DNA from: a virus
Lineage: Duplodnaviria > Caudoviricetes
IMG/VR virus record: IMGVR_UViG_3300020417_001896
Location: 1-61,332 of that record
DNA: 61,332 nt
Direction: 5' to 3' (one strand)
Both the position numbers and the translations under genes were made by a program. The notes under the pieces were generated by a model that searched no databases, was not told where the DNA came from, and saw nothing but the letters and a program-made list of their open reading frames with translations. Below, one piece after another: positions 50,558 through 57,040 of the stretch; within the stretch, counting starts at the first letter, position 1; each line of letters starts with the position of its first letter.

Positions 50558-51090
50558 AGAGATCGGAACGAATAAAAGACAAGATACCTATCGTCAGAGT
50601 CTTATCTGATTACGGATATGACGTGTATGAGGGTGGGGGAGAACAACAGTTTCGCTGTGATCTTCACGGAGACGGCTCAGACAATGCGCCCTCTGCCCGT
50701 GTTTACCCTGAGTCTAATTCTTTCTTTTGCTTTGCGTGTGGGAAAGCTCGTGATTCGATTGCTCTTGTTATGGAGAAAGAGGGTTCAGACTTTAATAAGT
50801 CATGTACCTTACTAGAGAAGAAATACGGACTTCCCGTTTGGGAGTACAAAAAAAAGAAAGATCCCTTTGAGAGCGACCAACCTAATTTACCCGATAATAG
50901 AAATATTTTGGAGAAAAGAGTGGGTAACAGGCTCTATATGCTGACTAGGGAAAGAGCTGTTGAATATGACCTTATCCTAAAGCTTTGGGAAGGGTATGAT
51001 TTACTGTGTTCACTAGAACATCAATCTGACTCCCATTGGAGAAAACTAGTAAATCAAATCCCTTCTCAAAGGAATGAAGATGAGCGATAA
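50554..51090 (+). CDS. stand-alone CHC2 primase-type zinc-finger protein
   Basis: FRCDLHGDGSDNAPSARVYPESNSFFCFACGKARDSIALV is the DnaG zinc-binding domain; no TOPRIM follows. Start moved to ATG 50554 (ATGA overlap). Confidence 0.85.
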   Translation: MKRSERIKDKIPIVRVLSDYGYDVYEGGGEQQFRCDLHGDGSDNAPSARVYPESNSFFCFACGKARDSIALVMEKEGSDFNKSCTLLEKKYGLPVWEYKKKKDPFESDQPNLPDNRNILEKRVGNRLYMLTRERAVEYDLILKLWEGYDLLCSLEHQSDSHWRKLVNQIPSQRNEDER

Positions 51091-51406
51091 AGACAATGAA
51101 ACAGAAATAGACATAACCGAGCTTTTCGATTATTCGATCAAACTCTTAGCGGAACAATCAAAGACTCCACAAGAGCTAATAAGTGTATGGATTAGTATCG
51201 GCAAAAGATTAGGTGTAGAAGAAATATTTGCCCACCTAAAAGTAGTCGTTTATGAAGACGATTATGACGAGCAAAGAATAGTAGGCTTCGTAGGCTCACC
51301 TAGCGAAGAGGCAGTTGAGTTATTGTCCTCAGAGTATGTGTTCACAGAATACATCTGTGAAAAGGCAGTAGAGGCTATAATAGCTAATGAAAAGGTATAT
51401 CACTGA
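51074..51406 (+). CDS. acidic hypothetical protein
   Basis: 110 aa, overlapping its neighbours in the operon. Confidence 0.65.
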   Translation: MKMSDKDNETEIDITELFDYSIKLLAEQSKTPQELISVWISIGKRLGVEEIFAHLKVVVYEDDYDEQRIVGFVGSPSEEAVELLSSEYVFTEYICEKAVEAIIANEKVYH

Positions 51407-51837
51407 TGATGTATCGTAGAGACGGGTTGATCTTTACAAAGCTCTCAGACAAAGCGTGGTCTGACCCTAAGATTGCTCGAATTATCCCAACCTCTCAGGG
51501 AGGGTCTTGGGGTCATTTCGCAGAGCTTAAAGACACTGAATGGTCGAAGTTTGTTGATCTCATTTCTTCGGACTCGTTAGATCGAGCATTAAGAGGTGAT
51601 TGCACTCCTCTTATGAGAGAGGGACTAAGAGATCCTAGAGGTTGTCTTAAAAGAGCCCCTCTACCAAAGGTCTGCGCTGACCATCAGAAATGCACATCTT
51701 ATGTCCCTAAACTATGCGCCCCCAAATCACTGAAAGCACCTGAGTGTCTTTCTCTTGGTTCTGATCTTCCTCAGTCAGTAAGAATTCTTATTTCTGCTTG
51801 GACTGAGGGTTACTACGTTGTTCGTGAAGGAGAATAA
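51406..51837 (+). CDS. Cys-rich hypothetical protein
   Basis: 143 aa with six Cys in the C-terminal half; TGATG coupling to the upstream gene. Confidence 0.65.
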   Translation: MMYRRDGLIFTKLSDKAWSDPKIARIIPTSQGGSWGHFAELKDTEWSKFVDLISSDSLDRALRGDCTPLMREGLRDPRGCLKRAPLPKVCADHQKCTSYVPKLCAPKSLKAPECLSLGSDLPQSVRILISAWTEGYYVVREGE

Positions 51838-51838
51838 C

Positions 51839-52483
51839 ATGAAAAATATTTCAAGCCCCGAAAGCCCACTTAACCGTAGAGTCTATAAGTCAGCACCTGC
51901 GCCACGACAAAGTAAGAGTGAAGACTACTTTGGAGAGCTTACTGTCGTTGATAATAACATCTACCTGTACCAAGACATTACCCCTAAAGCGATTATGGAG
52001 TTGGGTATTGCTATCAGGAGCTTAAACAATCAGATTATTTCTCTGATGTGTGAGTTAGAAGTGGGTCAGGCTCCTGCTATCCACCTCCATATTAATTCGG
52101 GTGGAGGGTGCGCTTTTAGTGGACTCGCAGGCGCAAGTCATATCCTCAATTCTAATATCCCTGTATTCACCTATGTAGAGGGTTCAGCGGCCTCAGCGGC
52201 GACTTTACTCTCTTGTGTTGGAGCAAAGCGTTTTGTAACTGAACACAGTTTTATGCTTATCCACCAAATCAGTACAGGAGTTTGGGGTACTTATGAGAAT
52301 CTGAACGATGAGAAAGAGTCTATGGACTCGCTTATGGAAATGATTAGCTCAATCTACCTGAAGCACACCAACATGAAAAAGAAGCAGTTAAAGCAACTCT
52401 TAAAGAGAGACTTGTGGCTAAACCCTGAGAAATGCCTAGAACTTGGTTTAATAGACGAAGTGATTGAGTATGAAAGAGACTAA
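51839..52483 (+). CDS. clpP: ClpP-like serine protease
   Basis: IHLHINSGGG, GSAASAA (Ser), MLIHQ (His), RDLWLNPEKCLELGLIDEV (Asp). ATG 51839 has a GAAGGAG SD. Confidence 0.92.
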   Translation: MKNISSPESPLNRRVYKSAPAPRQSKSEDYFGELTVVDNNIYLYQDITPKAIMELGIAIRSLNNQIISLMCELEVGQAPAIHLHINSGGGCAFSGLAGASHILNSNIPVFTYVEGSAASAATLLSCVGAKRFVTEHSFMLIHQISTGVWGTYENLNDEKESMDSLMEMISSIYLKHTNMKKKQLKQLLKRDLWLNPEKCLELGLIDEVIEYERD

Positions 52484-53478
52484 AAGTGTCTCAAAGCATG
52501 AGAGAAGAAAGTCCCATGCTTAAGAATTTGAAGCAAGTCCTCATCACTAACTTGCTCTGAATGTATACTGATCGTAAAGCTATACTTCGTGTTTCTTTGG
52601 GTACTCATAACAAACCGAAGCCCGAAAACCCCTATCTTATCAAAAACGATTTTCTTAGGGTTAAAAGAGTCGCTGTTCCATAATACACTAGCGTATTTCT
52701 CGTATTCCCCTTCCACCGACCTTTCTAAGTCTCTCTCGCTTGAAAGGTCAAAAGTCTTGGGGTAGGAAATTGAGAGAGTGTCTGCCCATTCCCCTTTAAG
52801 AGTGGTGTCAAAAGTAACTTCATAAAAGCTTTTTGAAGCTCTCTTCATAGCTAACTTGGCTACTCTAATAGCCATAGCTTTCTTCGTAGGAATACCTAAG
52901 AGTTCTACAACGTGCTTCCTACCAATAAGCTCTATGTCTCTACTTTTAATAACAGCTCTCATCGCATGGACACCTGCATACCCATACTCCTCAAATACTT
53001 CTTCACCAAGCATAGGAACATCATCAACTTTAAATAGAGTCATCATCATTTTTTCATAGGGGGAAACGAGAGCCTCTACTAAGTCAGAAATGTGTGACTT
53101 TAGGTTGTATTCTAATTTCCCATCACGCCCTCCAAGCCCAAGTTTAGCGTCTGCTTTATTATGTGGCTTTTTAAAGACTTTCTTGTAAAGCACCCTCTCG
53201 TCTTCGGTTTCTAAAATAAGAACGGGGCGAATACCTTTGCTCCCTTTGATCGCTCCATCTTCCTCTACCAAAGAAAACAGCAAGACATATTTCTCGATGT
53301 CATCATGGATAACCCAAGCCTTACGGCCTTTAACCCAACCACTTTTCCTCCACCTGACTTGTGGAGACACCCCTCTCCCGTGAGCCATATTGTCCTCATC
53401 GAAAGTCCAACTCTGAGGGCTTCTTCTATTCAACTCGCTCATTAAAGGCTCTAGCCAATTTTGATCCATATAGCTCAT
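52480..53478 (-). CDS. hypothetical two-part protein with internal RVA..KRA motif
   Basis: 332 aa, GAGG SD; KKAMAIRVAKLAMKRAS lies about two-thirds along. Confidence 0.65.
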   Translation of the reverse strand: MSYMDQNWLEPLMSELNRRSPQSWTFDEDNMAHGRGVSPQVRWRKSGWVKGRKAWVIHDDIEKYVLLFSLVEEDGAIKGSKGIRPVLILETEDERVLYKKVFKKPHNKADAKLGLGGRDGKLEYNLKSHISDLVEALVSPYEKMMMTLFKVDDVPMLGEEVFEEYGYAGVHAMRAVIKSRDIELIGRKHVVELLGIPTKKAMAIRVAKLAMKRASKSFYEVTFDTTLKGEWADTLSISYPKTFDLSSERDLERSVEGEYEKYASVLWNSDSFNPKKIVFDKIGVFGLRFVMSTQRNTKYSFTISIHSEQVSDEDLLQILKHGTFFSHALRHF

Positions 53479-53548
53479 TTATACCTCGCTCTCTTTCAGG
53501 AAATCTACAAATCTTAATATATAAAGAAAGTACATCGGGAGAAATAAC

Positions 53549-54061
53549 ATGAGAAATGTTGAGATACTTCTAAGTGGTGAAAGTCGTAATACTACGCCCT
53601 TGCGCCCTAAGATTATTAGCGATCTAGTCCCAAAACTAGATTGGCACGAAGTTAGGTCTATTAAAGGTGAAGCTCAGGTAGGGGGTGTTACGCTAGAAGT
53701 TCACATGAGTCAGTCGGGTCGAACATATACTAAAGATGTGGAAAACCTAGCAGGTATAATTGACGGAGCTTCTATGAAGTTTGAAGAGTCTATCTCTAAC
53801 AAAGTCTTAGACTTTTTAGTTGATGAAAAAGTATTCACAGAGCCTAGTGTGGTGGTCGCAAAAATCACAGTCCAACGTCTTGAAAATACAAGTTATACTC
53901 GATCATATAGGAATGGTCTTGATGTGAAAGGCGAATGCTCAGTTGAGATTACCTTTAAAACTCAAGAGGGTTATATTACTAACTTCATCGAAGAAGACTT
54001 AAAGTTCTCTGCGAAGATGGCAATTTCTTATCGCTTAGAAACTGTTGCCGAATCATTTTAA
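53549..54061 (+). CDS. hypothetical protein
   Basis: 170 aa, GGGAG SD, TATATAAAGAAAGTAC upstream. Confidence 0.65.
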   Translation: MRNVEILLSGESRNTTPLRPKIISDLVPKLDWHEVRSIKGEAQVGGVTLEVHMSQSGRTYTKDVENLAGIIDGASMKFEESISNKVLDFLVDEKVFTEPSVVVAKITVQRLENTSYTRSYRNGLDVKGECSVEITFKTQEGYITNFIEEDLKFSAKMAISYRLETVAESF

Positions 54062-54063
54062 CT

Positions 54064-54642
54064 TTAATTCTCTTGAGCTTTCTTCCTATCCTCTGCTCTA
54101 TACTTCTTCTCTAAAGCAGGGAGAGCTTTCTCAGCTCGATCTAACTTAAGAGCTAAGTCTCTCGCTTCCCTGTCGAGCTTCATATTTCCAAAAACAGTCA
54201 TTTCTCCTGTAGTGGAGTCTTGAAGTCTTGAGGTTAAACCTAGTGTCTTTGGCATGATCTTCTTAATGATCTTAGGGTCAATGTTCTTCAGCGCAATGTC
54301 CCAAACCAAATCAAGCTCCAACCCCTGCATAATAAGCATAGGCTGACCTCCATACCCTAAATCCATTTTCTGACGAAATAGGCTAAGCCCCGAATACGTT
54401 TTCAGTTCCATATCAAAGAAATGAACGGGCATTGGATTTTCAGGTCGGTCGAAAAACATCTTGAAACCGAAGTGTAGATTCTTATCTCCAAAAGTCACAG
54501 TCGGGTGATCAACATGACCCCATTGGTGAATGACTATATAAAAGTCTTTATTGTCCACGAGCCTAGAAATGAACTCCTGTTCGATTTCTGACATCGGTAT
54601 ATAAAGGCTGTTCTTATTTTTACCACCGAAGATATTAGACAT
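54064..54642 (-). CDS. hypothetical protein
   Basis: 192 aa, AAGGAG SD. Confidence 0.7.
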   Translation of the reverse strand: MSNIFGGKNKNSLYIPMSEIEQEFISRLVDNKDFYIVIHQWGHVDHPTVTFGDKNLHFGFKMFFDRPENPMPVHFFDMELKTYSGLSLFRQKMDLGYGGQPMLIMQGLELDLVWDIALKNIDPKIIKKIMPKTLGLTSRLQDSTTGEMTVFGNMKLDREARDLALKLDRAEKALPALEKKYRAEDRKKAQEN

Positions 54643-54695
54643 GGAGGCTCCTTCCTTTATTTGTCGGTAAATAATACCTAAAGAACGGACTAAAT

Positions 54696-56207
54696 TTAAC
54701 TCCCCATTTCATCGTCCATCTCATTTAAAAGAGACTCAAGATCAACACCACCCATAACCTCACCCATAACCTCACCCATTTCATCGTCCATAGACTGTAA
54801 TAGTTGGCTAAGGTCTGTTGCCCTTCTTAGAGGGTAAGAATCAGTCCCGAACAGGTTTGCAACGTCAATAAACTTCTGTATATCGAAACTCACTGTTTTA
54901 TAGCCTTGCTTAACAGCGTCTTCTATATTGTTTACTATGTAGCCTTGATTGAGAAAGTTCAAAACAAAGTTTGGAGTAATATAGTAATCAATAGCACTCC
55001 CCATATCTGAATGGTGCAGGTCATCTGCAACCGATTGGATAGCGTCATTGATGAACGTAGTTACTCTCGTAGCTACTTCTTCTTGTATATTCTGAGTACC
55101 TGCGTCTACAAGAGCTTTCACGTCTTCATGTAGTTGTTCTTGCTGATCTGCCATCATAGCGAACAATCTCCGATTTGCGTAAAGCATACGGAAATCGTGG
55201 GGCTTCATACCATACTGCTTATACTTTTTATCTATGTATAGGTTAAGTTTAGAATAGGTGTAATTCCAACCATTTAATCCCGTGAAGACTTTAGGCTCTA
55301 ACGAAGGATTCCCTAAACCCATACCTGCGTCTGCTGTAGCTTTAACCATATAAGGCTTCAAAGCAGAAATGACTTCTCGGTCTGAAAGATTATACAGCAT
55401 TTCCTTTCCGTATTTACCGTGAACTTTTATTTCCAAGTCGCTAGTTTTGAGGAACTTTATATGTGAGGGTCTTAGCTCAGTTAAGCCATAGGTAATCACC
55501 TCTACCTCACTACCATCTTTAAGTCTTTTGATGGTTTTACCTGGACTCCCACCCCCGACTCTTATTCCTGTCTCTAACATAATAATAGTGAGAAGAGGGT
55601 TCAGCGTAGACTTCTCATCAACGGCAGAACTAAGCTCTTTTTTAATGTCGGTCAGCATAGAGTTATACTTGCCGATAGTTTGAACTAAAATACTGTGTTT
55701 GTGTTTGAGCGATCTGATCTGATTTCCGACTCGCTCAGTAATCCCACTAACTTGGCCTGATTTGTCTACATTTAAGACTAAGTTACGAGGTAAGAACTGT
55801 CTAATATCTACAGAGAGTGCTTCTCTTAGACTCTGTTGAGGTTTGCTAAGGGTGATAAGCTCAAAGCCTTTGTCTGCAACTACTGTCAGTTCATCTTCTA
55901 TTTCGTCAAAGGTCGCTTCCCCTGAAACGATTTTAGCGAGCATTCTTAAAAGCTTATTTCGATTTCTCGTGAGACTACCTCGTTGACGTGAGTTGAAGTT
56001 CCCGTCCTTATCCTCTCCTGCATAGGAGTTGAGGAAGTTCTGAACTGACCGCATATTTTCAATGTCAGAAATAGCTTCTCTAGTAGTCTCATAAGAAGAC
56101 CTATTTTTCAGCCGAGTTGAGAGAGCTTTAATCCTCGTCTTGGCTTTCCTAGTATGCTTGATTTGATCTCTTCTGTCTTGAACATTTAAGTCATCGTAAG
56201 CAGGCAT
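54696..56207 (-). CDS. DNA topoisomerase IB-like protein, copy 2
   Basis: LETGIRVG (R), TYGLTELRPSHI, VHGKYG (K), PHDFRM (R), LHHS (H), DYYITP (Y); colinear with 47987-49477. Confidence 0.8.
   Translation of the reverse strand: MPAYDDLNVQDRRDQIKHTRKAKTRIKALSTRLKNRSSYETTREAISDIENMRSVQNFLNSYAGEDKDGNFNSRQRGSLTRNRNKLLRMLAKIVSGEATFDEIEDELTVVADKGFELITLSKPQQSLREALSVDIRQFLPRNLVLNVDKSGQVSGITERVGNQIRSLKHKHSILVQTIGKYNSMLTDIKKELSSAVDEKSTLNPLLTIIMLETGIRVGGGSPGKTIKRLKDGSEVEVITYGLTELRPSHIKFLKTSDLEIKVHGKYGKEMLYNLSDREVISALKPYMVKATADAGMGLGNPSLEPKVFTGLNGWNYTYSKLNLYIDKKYKQYGMKPHDFRMLYANRRLFAMMADQQEQLHEDVKALVDAGTQNIQEEVATRVTTFINDAIQSVADDLHHSDMGSAIDYYITPNFVLNFLNQGYIVNNIEDAVKQGYKTVSFDIQKFIDVANLFGTDSYPLRRATDLSQLLQSMDDEMGEVMGEVMGGVDLESLLNEMDDEMGS
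54703..54791 (-). repeat. coding repeats in the acidic tail (MDDEMG x2; GEVM tandem)
   Basis: 17-bp CCCATTTCATCGTCCAT at 54703 and 54775; 12-bp CACCCATAACCT at 54749 and 54761. Confidence 0.9.
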
Positions 56208-56256
56208 TATTTATCTTCCTTTTCAAGTAATGGGTCTTCGGATTCACTTTCAGAGT

Positions 56257-56544
56257 TTACTTTTTTTTTTGATCGTCATCTCTATCGAGTGCTGTAGTCG
56301 CCACATGAGTATACTTGTCGAGGGCGGCCTGTCCCAAAATGTACCCGATTTGAATGAAACCACTCGTAACGATCATAGTAACAAGCACCATGAAAGCATA
56401 ATGTTCGATCTTAGTCTGATACTCCCAAATCACATAAAACATTAGGACTTTCCAACCAATGTCAGCGATCAAGTACGCAAGGAATTTCTTGCTTTTGAGT
56501 GGCAATTTATCGAAATGGGTTGGGTCTTGTTTTTCAGTAGACAT
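56257..56544 (-). CDS. small two-TM holin-like membrane protein
   Basis: LKSKKFLAYL start resembles the holin S(R/K)KF motif; two hydrophobic segments; charged C-terminus; AGGAGG SD. No endolysin is seen nearby. Confidence 0.5.
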   Translation of the reverse strand: MSTEKQDPTHFDKLPLKSKKFLAYLIADIGWKVLMFYVIWEYQTKIEHYAFMVLVTMIVTSGFIQIGYILGQAALDKYTHVATTALDRDDDQKKK

Positions 56545-56599
56545 AAAAGCCTCCTATCGTATGTGTTATCGGGTTCAATCAGACTGAAAGATAAATAAA

Positions 56600-56974
56600 C
56601 TATCTCATCAGAGGTTTGGTGTTAATTCTCAAACCACTCTTGGTGTTCGAGGGCTGAGTTTTACCCCTAAGCTGACCTAACATAGTGTTGTTGATTCTGA
56701 TCTTGTTCATAGAAGACTGAAAGCTATCTTCTTGCTCTTGAGGAGGTATCTCAGAAATAAAGATTGAGGGGTGCGCTTGGGTTAGTTCTTCCAAGCGAGC
56801 TTGCTCTTCAGGGAGCATAGAGGGGAGCAGTTGATGGAAGTCCTCTCTCGCCTTTGGGTACTTTTTTAAGAACTCTAAGATCACCTCATCGGGTAGTGCC
56901 AACGGATTAGATGGGTTTGTATAACTACCTTTCAAAGTATTTCCACCACTGTTATTTATCCAAAAGTTGCTCAT
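56600..56974 (-). CDS. hypothetical protein
   Basis: 124 aa, AGGAG SD. Confidence 0.65.
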   Translation of the reverse strand: MSNFWINNSGGNTLKGSYTNPSNPLALPDEVILEFLKKYPKAREDFHQLLPSMLPEEQARLEELTQAHPSIFISEIPPQEQEDSFQSSMNKIRINNTMLGQLRGKTQPSNTKSGLRINTKPLMR

Positions 56975-57040
56975 TATTTTCTCCTACTCTGATATGAACC
57001 TTTAACACCCCCCACATATAAACGAAGTAAGGAGAAGACT

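Noticed and set aside
49478-54695. Invertible or mobile segment between the two convergent topo/recombinase-like genes
   Set aside because: No flanking inverted or direct repeats found by eye; the enclosed genes carry the same upstream motifs and composition as the rest of the module.
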